Positions 38,170-53,100 of a stretch of DNA of 64,000 nt are shown piece by piece. Where the stretch lies: NCBI GenBank assembly GCA_964016885.1, contig OZ024748.1:37386001-37450000 (forward strand), in the 5' to 3' direction. The translations under genes and the position numbers were made by a program. Source of the DNA: Eledone cirrhosa (taxonomy: Eukaryota). Every line of letters starts with the position of its first letter. Positions within the stretch are counted from its first letter, which is position 1. The notes beneath the pieces are model-generated. The model was not told the DNA's origin. It did not search any database and saw nothing but the letters and a program-made list of their open reading frames with translations.

Positions 38170-41100
38170 TAACTACCTCTAGATCTAGTGTGACAATGTT
38201 AGTGTCAGTGTTAACTACCTCTAGATATAGTATGACAATGTCAGTGTCAGTGTTAACTACCTCTAGATCTAGTATGACAATGTCAGTGTCATGCTTAACT
38301 ACCTCTAGATCTAGTGTGACAATGTTAGTGTCAGTGTTAACTACCACTAGATCTAGTATGACAATGTCAGTGTCAGTGTTAACTACCTCTAGATCTAGTA
38401 TGACAATGTTAGTGTCAGTGTTAACTACCACTAGATCTAGTATGACAATGTCAGTGTCAGGGTTAACTACCTCAAGATCTAGTGTGACAATGTTAGTGTC
38501 AGTGATAACTACCTCTAGATCTAGTATGACAATGTTAGTGTCAGTGTTAACTACCACTAGATCTAGTGTGACAATGTCAGTGTCAGTGTTAACTACCTCT
38601 AGATCTAGTATGACAATGTCAGTGTCAGTGTTAACTACCTCTAGATCTAGTATGACAATGTTAGTGTCAGTGTTAACTACCTCTAGATCTAGTATGACAA
38701 TGTTAGTGTCAGTGTTAACTACCTCTAGATCTAGTGTGACAATGTTAGTGTCAGTGTTAACTACCTCAAGATCTAGTGTGACAATGTTAGTGTCAGTGTT
38801 AACTACCTCTAGTTATAGTATGACAATGTTAGTGTCAGTGTTAACTACCTGTAGATCTAGTATGACAATATCAGTGTCAGTGTTAACTACCTCTAGATCT
38901 AGTATGACAATGTTAGTGTCAGTGTTATCTACCTCTAGATCTAGTATGACAATGTCAGTGTCAGTGTTAACTACCTGTAGATCTAGTGAGACGATGTTAG
39001 TGTCAGTGTTAACTACCTGTAGATCTAGTATGACAATGTCAGTGTCAGGGTTAACTAGCTCTAGATCTAGTATGACAATGTTAGTGTCAGTGTTAACTAC
39101 CACTAGATCTAGTATGACAATGTTAGTGTCAGTGTTAACTACCTCTAGATCTAGTGTGACAATGTTAGTGTCAGTGTTAACTACCACTAGATCTAGTGTG
39201 ACAATGTTAGTGTCAGTGTTAACTACCTCTAGATATAGTATGACAATGTCAGTGTCAGTGTTAACTACCTCTAGATCTAGTATGACAATGTCAGTGTCAG
39301 TGTTTACTACCTCTAGATCTAGTATGACAATGTTAGTGTCAGTGTTAACTACCTCTAGATCTAGTATGACAATGTTAGTGTCAGTGTTAACTACCTCTAG
39401 ATATAGTATGACAATGTTAGTGTCAGTGTTAACTACCTCTAGATCTACTATGACAATGTCAGTGTCAGTGTTAACTACCACTAGATCTAGTATGACAATG
39501 TCAGAGTTAACTACCTCTAGATGTAATATGACAATGTCAGTGTCAGTGTTAACTACCTCTAGATCTAGTATGACAATGTCAGTGTCAGTGTTAACTACCT
39601 CTAGATCTAGTGTGACAATGTCAGTGTCAGTGTTAACTACCTCTAGATCTAGTATGACAATGTCAGTGTCAGTGTTAACTACCTCTAGATCTAGTGTGAC
39701 AATGTCAGTGTCAGTGTTAACTACCTCTAGATCTAGTATGACAATGTTAGTGTCAGTGTTAACTATCTCTAGATCTAGTGTGACAATGTTAGTGTCAGTG
39801 TTAACTACCTCTAGATATAGTATGACAATGTCAGTGTCAGTGTTAACTACCTCTAGATCTAGTGTGACAATGTCAGTGTCAGTGTTAACTACCTCTAGAT
39901 CTAGTATGACAATGTTAGTGTCAGTGTTAACTATCTCTAGATCTAGTGTGACAATGTCAGTGTCAGTGTTAACTACCTCTAGATCTAGTATGACAATGTT
40001 AGTGTCAGTGTTAACTACCTCTAGATCTAGTGTGACAATGTCAGTGTCAGTGTTAACTACCTCTAGATCTAGTATGACAATGTCAGTGTCAGTGTTAACT
40101 ACCTCTAGATCTAGTGTGACAATGTCAGTGTCAGTGTTAACTACCTCTAGATCTAGTATGACAATGTTAGTGTCAGTGTTAACTATCTCTAGATCTATTG
40201 TGACAATGTTAGTGTCAGTGTTAACTACCTCTAGATATAGTATGACAATGTCAGTGTCAGTGTTAACTACCTCTAGATCTAGTGTGACAATGTCAGTGTC
40301 AGTGTTAACTACCTCTAGATCTAGTATGACAATGTTAGTGTCAGTGTTAACTATCTCTAGATCTAGTGTGACAATGTTAGTGTCAGTGTTAACTACCTCT
40401 AGATATAGTATGACAATGTCAGTGTCAGTGTTAACTACCTCTAGATCTAGTATGACAATGTCAGTGTCAGTGTTAACTACCACAAGATCTAGTGTGACAA
40501 TGTCAGTGTCAGTGTTAACTACCTCTAGATCTAGTGTGACAATGTTAGTGTCAGTGTTAACTACCTCTAGATATAGTATGACAATGTCAGTGTCAGTGTT
40601 AACTACCTCTAGATCTAGTATGACAATGTCAGTGTCATGCTTAACTACCTCTAGATCTAGTGTGACAATGTTAGTGTCAGTGTTAACTACCACTAGATCT
40701 AGTATGACAATGTCAGTGTCAGTGTTAACTACCTCTAGATCTAGTATGACAATGTTAGTGTCAGTGTTAACTACCACTAGATCTAGTATGACAATGTCAG
40801 TGTCAGGGTTAACTACCTCAAGATCTAGTGTGACAATGTTAGTGTCAGTGATAACTACCTCTAGATCTAGTATGACAATGTTAGTGTCAGTGTTAACTAC
40901 CACTAGATCTAGTGTGACAATGTCAGTGTCAGTGTTAACTACCTCTAGATCTAGTATGACAATGTCAGTGTCAGTGTTAACTACCTCTAGATCTAGTATG
41001 ACAATGTTAGTGTCAGTGTTAACTACCTCTAGATCTAGTATGACAATGTTAGTGTCAGTGTTAACTACCTCTAGATCTAGTGTGACAATGTTAGTGTCAG

Positions 41101-42860
41101 TGTTAACTACCTCAAGATCTAGTGTGACAATGTTAGTGTCAGTGTTAACTACCTCTAGTTATAGTATGACAATGTTAGTGTCAGTGTTAACTACCTGTAG
41201 ATCTAGTATGACAATATCAGTGTCAGTGTTAACTACCTCTAGATCTAGTATGACAATGTTAGTGTCAGTGTTATCTACCTCTAGATCTAGTATGACAATG
41301 TCAGTGTCAGTGTTAACTACCTGTAGATCTAGTGAGACGATGTTAGTGTCAGTGTTAACTACCTGTAGATCTAGTATGACAATGTCAGTGTCAGGGTTAA
41401 CTAGCTCTAGATCTAGTATGACAATGTTAGTGTCAGTGTTAACTACCACTAGATCTAGTATGACAATGTTAGTGTCAGTGTTAACTACCTCTAGATCTAG
41501 TGTGACAATGTTAGTGTCAGTGTTAACTACCACTAGATCTAGTGTGACAATGTTAGTGTCAGTGTTAACTACCTCTAGATATAGTATGACAATGTCAGTG
41601 TCAGTGTTAACTACCTCTAGATCTAGTATGACAATGTCAGTGTCAGTGTTTACTACCTCTAGATCTAGTATGACAATGTTAGTGTCAGTGTTAACTACCT
41701 CTAGATCTAGTATGACAATGTTAGTGTCAGTGTTAACTACCTCTAGATATAGTATGACAATGTTAGTGTCAGTGTTAACTACCTCTAGATCTACTATGAC
41801 AATGTCAGTGTCAGTGTTAACTACCACTAGATCTAGTATGACAATGTCAGAGTTAACTACCTCTAGATGTAATATGACAATGTCAGTGTCAGTGTTAACT
41901 ACCTCTAGATCTAGTATGACAATGTCAGTGTCAGTGTTAACTACCTCTAGATCTAGTGTGACAATGTCAGTGTCAGTGTTAACTACCTCTAGATCTAGTA
42001 TGACAATGTCAGTGTCAGTGTTAACTACCTCTAGATCTAGTGTGACAATGTCAGTGTCAGTGTTAACTACCTCTAGATCTAGTATGACAATGTTAGTGTC
42101 AGTGTTAACTATCTCTAGATCTAGTGTGACAATGTTAGTGTCAGTGTTAACTACCTCTAGATATAGTATGACAATGTCAGTGTCAGTGTTAACTACCTCT
42201 AGATCTAGTGTGACAATGTCAGTGTCAGTGTTAACTACCTCTAGATCTAGTATGACAATGTTAGTGTCAGTGTTAACTATCTCTAGATCTAGTGTGACAA
42301 TGTCAGTGTCAGTGTTAACTACCTCTAGATCTAGTATGACAATGTTAGTGTCAGTGTTAACTACCTCTAGATCTAGTGTGACAATGTCAGTGTCAGTGTT
42401 AACTACCTCTAGATCTAGTATGACAATGTCAGTGTCAGTGTTAACTACCTCTAGATCTAGTGTGACAATGTCAGTGTCAGTGTTAACTACCTCTAGATCT
42501 AGTATGACAATGTTAGTGTCAGTGTTAACTATCTCTAGATCTATTGTGACAATGTTAGTGTCAGTGTTAACTACCTCTAGATATAGTATGACAATGTCAG
42601 TGTCAGTGTTAACTACCTCTAGATCTAGTGTGACAATGTCAGTGTCAGTGTTAACTACCTCTAGATCTAGTATGACAATGTTAGTGTCAGTGTTAACTAT
42701 CTCTAGATCTAGTGTGACAATGTTAGTGTCAGTGTTAACTACCTCTAGATATAGTATGACAATGTCAGTGTCAGTGTTAACTACCTCTAGATCTAGTATG
42801 ACAATGTCAGTGTCAGTGTTAACTACCACAAGATCTAGTGTGACAATGTCAGTGTCAGTG
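38170..42860. repeat. Tandem duplication, period 2346 bp (55 x 42 + 36)
   Basis: Markers are repeated at offset 2346: cassette at 38813/41159, ATGCTT at 38291/40637, GTGATAACT near 38502/40848 and the private TCTATTGTG near 40194/42540. Boundaries are approximate. Confidence 0.85.
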
Positions 42861-45179
42861 TTAACTACCTCTAGATATAGTATGACAATGTCAGTGTCAG
42901 TGTTTACTACCTCTAGATCTAGTATGACAATGTTAGTGTCAGTGTTAACTACCTCTAGATCTAGTGTGACAATGTTAGTGTCAGTGTTAACTACCTCTAG
43001 ATATAGTATGACAATGTTAGTGTCAGTGTTAACTACCTCTAGATCTAGTATGACAATGTTAGTGTCAGTGTTAACTACCTCTAGATCTAGTATGACAATG
43101 TTAGTGTCAGTGTTAACTACCTCTAGATCTAGTGTGACAATGTTAGTGTCAGTGTTAACTACCTCTAGATATAGTATGACAATGTCAGTGTCAGTGTTAA
43201 CTACCTCTAGATCTAGTATGACAATGTCAGTGTCATGGTTAACTACCTCTAGATCTAGTGTGACAATGTTAGTGTCAGTGTTAACTACCACTAGAACTAG
43301 TATGACAATGTCAGTGTCAGTGTTAACTCCCTCTAGATCTAGTATGACAATGTTAGTGTCAGTGTTAACTACCACTAGATCTAGTATGACAATGTCAGTG
43401 TCAGGGTTAACTACCTCAAGATCTAGTGTGACAATGTTAGTGTCAGTGTTAACTACCTCTAGATATAGTATGACAATGTCAGTGTCAGTGTTAACTACCT
43501 CTAGATCTAGTATGACAATGTCAGTGTCATGGTTAACTACCTCTAGATCTAGTGTGACAACGTTAGTGTCAGTGTTAACTACCACTAGATCTAGTATGAC
43601 AATGTCAGTGTCAGTGTTAACTACCTCTAGATCTAGTATGACAATGTTAGTGTCAGTGTTAACTACCTCTAGATCTAGTATGACAATGTTAGTGTCAGTG
43701 TTAACTACCTCTAGATCTAGTGTGACAATGTTAGTGTCAGTGTTAACTACCTCTAGATATAGTATGACAATGTCAGTGTCAGTGTTAACTACCTCTAGAT
43801 CTAGTATGACAATGTTAGTGTCAGTGTTAACTACCTCTAGATCTAGTGTGACAATGTTAGTGTCAGTGTTAACTACCTCAAGATCTAGTGTGACAATGTT
43901 AGTGTCAGTGTTAACTACCTCTAGTTATAGTATGACAATGTTAGTGTCAGTGTTAACTACCTGTAGATCTAGTATGACAATATCAGTGTCAGTGTTAACT
44001 ACCTCTAGATCTAGTATGACAATGTTAGTGTCAGTGTTATCTACCTCTAGATCTAGTATGACAATGTCAGTGTCAGTGTTAACTACCTCTAGATCTAGTG
44101 AGACGATGTTAGTGTCAGTGTTAACTACCTGTAGATCTAGTATGACAATGTCAGTGTCAGGGTTAACTAGCTCTAGATCTAGTATGACAATGTTAGTGTC
44201 AGGGTTAACTACCACTAGATCTAGTTTGACAATGTTAGTGTCAGTGTTAACTACCTCTAGATCTAGTGTGACAATGTTAGTGTCAGTGTTAACTACCACT
44301 AGATCTAGTGTGACAATGTTAGTGTCAGTGTTAACTACCTCTAGATATAGTATGACAATGTCAGTGTCAGTGTTAACTACCTCTAGATCTAGTATGACAA
44401 TGTCAGTGTCAGTGTTAACTACCACAAGATCTAGTGTGACAATGTTAGTGTCAGTGTTAACTACCTCTAGATATAGTATGACAATGTCAGTGTCAGTGTT
44501 TACTACCTCTAGATCTAGTATGACAATGTTAGTGTCAGTGTTAACTACCACTAGATCTAGTATGACAATGTCAGTGTCAGTGTTAACTACCACTAGATCT
44601 AGTGTGACAATGTTAGTGTCAGTGTTAACTACCTCTAGTTATAGTATGACAATGTTAGTGTCAGTGTTAACTACCTGTAGATCTAGTATGACAATATCAG
44701 TGTCAGTGTTAACTACCTCTAGATCTAGTATGACGATGTCAGTGTCAGTGTTAACTACCACAAGATCTAGTGTGACAATGTTAGTGTCAGTGTTAACTAC
44801 CTCTAGATATAGTATGACAATGTCAGTGTCAGTGTTAACTACCACTAGATCTAGTATGACAATGTCAGAGTTAACTACCTCTAGATGTAATATGACAATG
44901 TCAGTGTCAGTGTTAAATACCTCTAGATCTAGTATGACGATGTCAGTGTCAGTGTTAACTACCACAAGATCTAGTGTGACAATGTTAGTGTCAGTGTTAA
45001 CTACCTCTAGATATAGTATGACAATGTCAGTGTCAGTGTTTACTACCTCTAGATCTAGTATGACAATGTTAGTGTCAGTGTTAACTACCTCTAGATCTAG
45101 TGTGACAATGTTAGTGTCAGTGTTAACTACCTCTAGATATAGTATGACAATGTCAGTGTCAGTGTTAACTACCTCTAGA

Positions 45180-48100
45180 TCTAGTATGACAATGTCAGTG
45201 TCAGTGTTAACTACCTCTACATCTAGTATGACAATGTCAGTGTCAGTGTTAACTACCACTAGATCTAGTATGACAATGTCAGTGTCAGTGTTAACTACCA
45301 CAAGATCTAGTGTGACAATGTTAGTGTCAGTGTTAACTACCTCTAGATCTAGTATGACAATGTCAGTGTCAGTGTTAACTACCACTAGATCTAGTATGAC
45401 AATGTCAGAGTTAACTACCTCTAGATCTAGTATGACAATGTCAGTGTCAGTGTTAACAACCTCTAGATCTACTATGACAATGTCAGTGTCAGTGTTAACT
45501 ACCACTAGATCTAGTATGACAATGTCAGAGTTAACTACCTCTAGATGTAATATGACAATGTCAGTGTCAGTGTTAACTACCTCTAGATCTAGTATGACAA
45601 TGTCAGTGTCAGTGTTAACTACCTCTAGATCTAGTGTGACAATGTCAGTGTCAGTGTTAACTACCTCTAGATCTAGTATGACAATGTCAGTGTCAGTGTT
45701 AACTACCTCTAGATCTAGTGTGACAATGTCAGTGTCAGTGTTAACTACCTCTAGATCTAGTATGACAATGTTAGTGTCAGTGTTAACTATCTCTAGATCT
45801 AGTGTGACAATGTTAGTGTCAGTGTTAACTACCTCTAGATCTAGTGTGACAATGTTAGTGTCAGTGTTAACTACCTCTAGATATAGTATGACAATGTCAG
45901 TGTCAGTGTTAACTACCTCTAGATCTAGTATGACAATGTCAGTGTCAGTGTTAACTACCACAAGATCTAGTGTGACAATGTTAGTGTCAGTGTTAACTAC
46001 CTCTAGATATAGTATGACAATGTCAGTGTCAGTGTTTACTACCGCTAGATCTAGTATGACAATGTTAGTGTCAGTGTTAACTACCTCTAGATCTAGTGTG
46101 ACAATGTTAGTGTCAGTGTTAACTACCTCTAGATATAGTATGACAATGTTAGTGTCAGTGTTAACTACCTCTAGATCTAGTATGACAATGTTAGTGTCAG
46201 TGTTAACTACCTCTAGATCTAGTATGACAATGTTAGTGTCAGTGTTAACTACCTCTAGATATAGTATGACAATGTCAGTGTCAGTGTTAACTACCTCTAG
46301 ATCTAGTATGACAATGTCAGTGTCATGGTTAACTACCTCTAGATCTAGTGTGACAATGTTAGTGTCAGTGTTAACTACCACTAGATCTTGTATGACAATG
46401 TCAGTGTCAGTGTTAACTCCCTCTAGATCTAGTATGACAATGTTAGTGTCAGTGTTAACTACCACTAGATCTAGTATGACAATGTCAGTGTCAGGGTTAA
46501 CTACCTCAAGATCTAGTGTGACAATGTCAGTGTCAGTGTTAACTACCTCTAGATCTAGTATGACAATGTCAGTGTCAGTGTTAACTACCTCTAGATCTAG
46601 TAAGACAATGTCAGTGTCAGTGTTAACTACCTCTAGATCTAGTGTGACAATGTCAGTGTCAGTGTTAACTACCTCTGGATCTAGTATGACAATGTCAGTG
46701 TCAGGGTTAACTACCTCAAGATCTAGTGTGACGATGTTAGTGTCAGTGTTAAATACCTCTAGATCTAGTATGACGAAGTCAGTGTCAGTGTTAACTACCA
46801 CAAGATCTAGTGTGACAATGTTAGTGTCAGTGTTAACTACCTCTAGATATAGTATGACAATGTCAGTGTCAGTGTTTACTACCTCTAGATCTAGTATGAC
46901 AATGTTAGTGTCAGTGTTAACTACCTCTAGATCTAGTGTGACAATGTTAGTGTCAGTGTTAACTACCTCTAGATATAGTATGACAATGTCAGAGTCAGTG
47001 TTAACTACCTCTAGATCTAGTATGACAATGTCAGTGTCAGTGTTAACTACCTCTACATCTAGTATGACAATGTCAGTGTCAGTGTTAACTACCTCTAGAT
47101 CTAGTATGACAATGTCAGTGTCAGTGTTAACTACCACTAGATCTATTATGACAATGTCAGAGTTAACTACCTCTAGATCTAGTATAACAATGTTAGTGTC
47201 AGTGTTAACGACCTCTAGATCTAGTATGACAATGTTAGTGTCAGTGTTAACTACCTCTAGATCTAGTGTGACAATGTTAGTGTCAGTGTTAACTACCTCT
47301 AGATATAGTATGACAATGTCAGTGTCAGTGTTAACTACCTCTAGATCTAGTATGACAATGTCAGTGTCATGGTTACCTACCTCTAGATCTAGTGTGACAA
47401 TGTTAGTGTCAGTGTTAACTACCACTAGATCTAGTATGACAATGTCAGTGTCAGTGTTAACTCCCTCTAGATCTAGTATGACAATGTTAGTGTCAGTGTT
47501 AACTACCACTAGATCTAGTATGACAATGTCAGTGTCAGGGTTAACTACCTCAAGATCTAGTGTGACAATGTTAGTGTCAGTGTTAACTACCTCTAGATCT
47601 AGTATGACAATGTTAGTGTCAGTGTTAACTACCACTAGATCTAGTATGACAATGTCAGTGTCAGGGTTAACTACCTCAAGATCTAGTGTGACAATGTCAG
47701 TGTCAGTGTTAACTACCTCTAGATCTAGTATGACAATGTCAGTGTCAGTGTTAACTACCTCTAGATCTAGTATGACAATGTTAGTGTCAGTGTTAACTAC
47801 CTCTAGATCTAGTATGACAATGTTAGTGTCAGTGTTAACTAACTCTAGATCTAGTGTGACAATGTTAGTGTCAGTGTTAACTACCTCAAGATCTAGTGTG
47901 ACAATGTTAGTGTCAGTGTTAACTACCTCTAGTTATAGTATGACAATGTTAGTGTCAGTGCTAACTACCTGTAGATCTAGTATGACAATATCAGTGTCAG
48001 TGTTAACTACCTCTAGATCTAGTATGACAATGTTAGTGTCAGTGTTATCTACCTCTAGATCTAGTATGACAATGTCAGTGTCAGTGTTAACTACCTCTAC

Positions 48101-50140
48101 ATCTAGTATGACAATGTCAGTGTCAGTGTTAACTACCACTAGATCTAGTATGACAATGTCAGTGTCAGTGTTAACTACCACAAGATCTAGTGTGACAATG
48201 TTAGTGTCAGTGTTAACTACCTCTAGATCTAGTATGACAATGTCAGTGTCAGTGTTAACTACCACTAGATCTAGTATGACAATGTCAGAGTTAACTACCT
48301 CTAGATCTAGTATGACAATGTCAGTGTCAGTGTTAACAACCTCTAGATCTACTATGACAATGTCAGTGTCAGTGTTAACTACCACTAGATCTAGTATGAC
48401 AATGTCAGAGTTAACTACCTCTAGATGTAATATGACAATGTCAGTGTCAGTGTTAACTACCTCTAGATCTAGTATGACAATGTCAGTGTCAGTGTTAACT
48501 ACCTCTAGATCTAGTGTGACAATGTCAGTGTCAGTGTTAACTACCTCTAGATCTAGTATGACAATGTCAGTGTCAGTGTTAACTACCTCTAGATCTAGTG
48601 TGACAATGTCAGTGTCAGTGTTAACTACCTCTAGATCTAGTATGACAATGTTAGTGTCAGTGTTAACTATCTCTAGATCTAGTGTGACAATGTTAGTGTC
48701 AGTGTTAACTACCTCTAGATCTAGTGTGACAATGTTAGTGTCAGTGTTAACTACCTCTAGATATAGTATGACAATGTCAGTGTCAGTGTTAACTACCTCT
48801 AGATCTAGTATGACAATGTCAGTGTCAGTGTTAACTACCACAAGATCTAGTGTGACAATGTTAGTGTCAGTGTTAACTACCTCTAGATATAGTATGACAA
48901 TGTCAGTGTCAGTGTTTACTACCGCTAGATCTAGTATGACAATGTTAGTGTCAGTGTTAACTACCTCTAGATCTAGTGTGACAATGTTAGTGTCAGTGTT
49001 AACTACCTCTAGATATAGTATGACAATGTTAGTGTCAGTGTTAACTACCTCTAGATCTAGTATGACAATGTTAGTGTCAGTGTTAACTACCTCTAGATCT
49101 AGTATGACAATGTTAGTGTCAGTGTTAACTACCTCTAGATATAGTATGACAATGTCAGTGTCAGTGTTAACTACCTCTAGATCTAGTATGACAATGTCAG
49201 TGTCATGGTTAACTACCTCTAGATCTAGTGTGACAATGTTAGTGTCAGTGTTAACTACCACTAGATCTTGTATGACAATGTCAGTGTCAGTGTTAACTCC
49301 CTCTAGATCTAGTATGACAATGTTAGTGTCAGTGTTAACTACCACTAGATCTAGTATGACAATGTCAGTGTCAGGGTTAACTACCTCAAGATCTAGTGTG
49401 ACAATGTCAGTGTCAGTGTTAACTACCTCTAGATCTAGTATGACAATGTCAGTGTCAGTGTTAACTACCTCTAGATCTAGTAAGACAATGTCAGTGTCAG
49501 TGTTAACTACCTCTAGATCTAGTGTGACAATGTCAGTGTCAGTGTTAACTACCTCTGGATCTAGTATGACAATGTCAGTGTCAGGGTTAACTACCTCAAG
49601 ATCTAGTGTGACGATGTTAGTGTCAGTGTTAAATACCTCTAGATCTAGTATGACGAAGTCAGTGTCAGTGTTAACTACCACAAGATCTAGTGTGACAATG
49701 TTAGTGTCAGTGTTAACTACCTCTAGATATAGTATGACAATGTCAGTGTCAGTGTTTACTACCTCTAGATCTAGTATGACAATGTTAGTGTCAGTGTTAA
49801 CTACCTCTAGATCTAGTGTGACAATGTTAGTGTCAGTGTTAACTACATCTAGATATAGTATGACAATGTCAGTGTCAGTGTTAACTACCTCTAGATCTAG
49901 TATGACAATGTCAGTGTCAGTGTTAACTACCTCTACATCTAGTATGACAATGTCAGTGTCAGTGTTAACTACCTCTAGATCTAGTATGACAATGTCAGTG
50001 TCAGTGTTAACTACCACTAGATCTATTATGACAATGTCAGAGTTAACTACCTCTAGATCTAGTATAACAATGTTAGTGTCAGTGTTAACGACCTCTAGAT
50101 CTAGTATGACAATGTTAGTGTCAGTGTTAACTACCTCTAG
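45180..50140. repeat. Duplication with offset 2880 bp (66 x 42 + 3 x 36)
   Basis: Private variants recur at offset 2880: ACCGCT at 46041/48921, ATCTTG near 46385/49265, TCTGGAT near 46674/49554, ACGAAG at 46773/49653 and TATAAC at 47183/50063. Boundaries are approximate. Confidence 0.88.
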
Positions 50141-50169
50141 ATCTAGTGTGACAATGTTAGTGTCAGTGT

Positions 50170-53100
50170 TAACTACCTCTAGATCTAGTATGACAATGTT
50201 AGTGTCAGTGTTAACTACCTCTAGATCTAGTATGACAATGTTAGTGTCAGTGTTAACTACCTCTAGATCTAGTGTGACAATGTTAGTGTCAGTGTTAACT
50301 ACCTCTAGATATAGTATGACAATGTCAGTGTCAGTGTTAACTACCTCTAGATCTAGTATGACAATGTCAGTGTCATGGTTAACTACCTCTAGATCTAGTG
50401 TGACAATGTTAGTGTCAGTGTTAACTACCACTAGATCTAGTATGACAATGTCAGTGTCAGTGTTAACTCCCTCTAGATCTAGTATGACAATGTTAGTGTC
50501 AGTGTTAACTACCACTAGATCTAGTATGACAATGTCAGTGTCAGGGTTAACTACCTCAAGATCTAGTGTGACAATGTTAGTGTCAGTGTTAACTACCTCT
50601 AGATCTAGTATGACAATGTTAGTGTCAGTGTTAACTACCACTAGATCTAGTATGACAATGTCAGTGTCAGGGTTAACTACCTCAAGATCTAGTGTGACAA
50701 TGTCAGTGTCAGTGTTAACTACCTCTAGATCTAGTATGACAATGTCAGTGTCAGTGTTAACTACCTCTCGATCTAGTATGACAATGTTAGTGTCAGTGTT
50801 AACTACCTCTAGATCTAGTATGACAATGTTAGTGTCAGTGTTAACTACCTCTAGATCTAGTGTGACAATGTTAGTGTCAGTGTTAACTACCTCAAGATCT
50901 AGTGTGACAATGTTAGTGTCAGTGTTAACTACCTCTAGTTATAGTATGACAATGTTAGTGTCAGTGTTAACTACCTGTAGATCTAGTATGACAATATCAG
51001 TGTCAGTGTTAACTACCTCTAGATCTAGTATGACAATGTTAGTGTCAGTGTTATCTACCTCTAGATCTAGTATGACAATGTCAGTGTCAGTGTTAACTAC
51101 CTCTAGATCTAGTGAGACGATGTTAGTGTCAGTGTTAACTACCTGTAGATCTAGTATGACAATGTCAGTGTCAGAGTTAACTAGCTCTAGATCTAGTATG
51201 ACAATGTTAGTGTCAGTGTTAACTACCACTAGATCTAGTGTGACAATGTTAGTGTCAGTGTTAAGTACCTCTAGATCTAGTGTGACAATGTTAGTGTCAG
51301 TGTTAACTACCACTAGATCTAGTGTGACAATGTTAGTGTCAGTGTTAACTACCTCTAGATATAGTATGACAATGTCAGTGTCAGTGTTAACTACCTCTAG
51401 ATCTAGTATGACAATGTCAGTGTCAGTGTTAACTACCACAAGATCTAGTGTGACAATGTTAGTGTCAGTGTTAACTACCTCTAGATATAGTATGACAATG
51501 TCAGTGTCAGTGTTTACTACCTCTAGATCTAGTATGACAATGTTAGTGTCAGTGTTAACTACCTCTAGATCTAGTGTGACAATGTTAGTGTCAGTGTTAA
51601 CTACCTCTAGATATAGTATGACAATGTTAGTGTCAGTGTTAACTACCTCTAGATCTAGTATGACAATGTTAGTGTCAGTGTTAACTACCTCTAGATCTAG
51701 TATGACAATGTTAGTGTCAGTGTTAACTACCTCTAGATCTAGTGTGACAATGTTAGTGTCAGTGTTAACTACCTCTAGATATAGTATGACAATGTCAGTG
51801 TCAGTGTTAACTACCTCTAGATCTAGTATGACAATGTCAGTGTCATGGTTAACTACCTCTAGATCTAGTGTGACAATGTTAGTGTCAGTGTTAACTACCA
51901 CTAGATCTAGTATGACAATGTCAGTTTCAGTGTTAACTACGTCTAGATCTAGTATGACAATGTTAGTGTCAGTGTTAACTACCACTAGATCTAGTATGAC
52001 AATGTCAGTGTCAGGGTTAACTACCTCAAGATCTAGTGTGTCAATGTTAGTGTCAGTGTTAACTACCTCTAGATCTAGTATGACAATGTTAGTGTCAGTG
52101 TTAACTACCACTAGATCTAGTATGACAATGTCAGTGTCAGGGTTAACTACCTCAAGATCTAGTGTGACAATGTCAGTGTCAGTGTTAACTACCTCTAGAT
52201 CTAGTATGACAATGTCAGTGTCAGTCTTAACTACCTCTAGATCTAGTATGACAATGTTAGTGTCAGTGTTAACTACCTCTAGATCTAGTATGACAATGTT
52301 AGTGTCAGTGTTAACTACCTCTAGATCTAGTGTGACAATGTTAGTGTCAGTGTTAACTACCTCAAGATCTAGTGTGACAATGTTAGTGTCAGTGTTAACT
52401 ACCTCTAGTTATAGTATGACAATGTTAGTGTCAGTGTTAACTACCTGTAGATCTAGTATGACAATATCAGTGTCAGTGTTAACTACCTCTAGATCTAGTA
52501 TGACAATGTTAGTGACAGTGTTATCTACCTCTAGATCTAGTATGACAATGTCAGTGTCAGTGTTAACTACCTCTAGATCTAGTGGGACGATGTTAGTGTC
52601 AGTGTTAACTACCTGTAGATCTAGTATGACAATGTCAGTGTCAGGGTTAACTAGCTCTAGATCTAGTATGACAATGTTAGTGTCAGTGTTAACTACCACT
52701 AGATCTAGTGTGACAATGTTAGTGTCAGTGTTAACTACCACTAGATCTAGTATGACAATGTCAGTGTCAGTGTTAACTACCTCTAGATCTAGTGTGACAA
52801 TGTTAGTGTCAGTGTTAACTACCACTAGATCTAGTATGACAATGTCAGTGTCAGTGTTAACTACCTCTAGATCTAGTATGACAATGTTAGTGTCAGTGTT
52901 AACTACCTCTAGATATAGTATGACAATGTCAGTGTCAGTGTTAACTACCTCTAGATCTAGTATGACAATGTCAGTGTCAGTGTTAACTACCACAAGATCT
53001 AGTGTGACAATGTTAGTGTCAGTGTTAACTACCTCTAGATATAGTATGACAATGTCAGTGTCAGTGTTTACCAACTCTAGATCTAGTATGACAATGTTAG

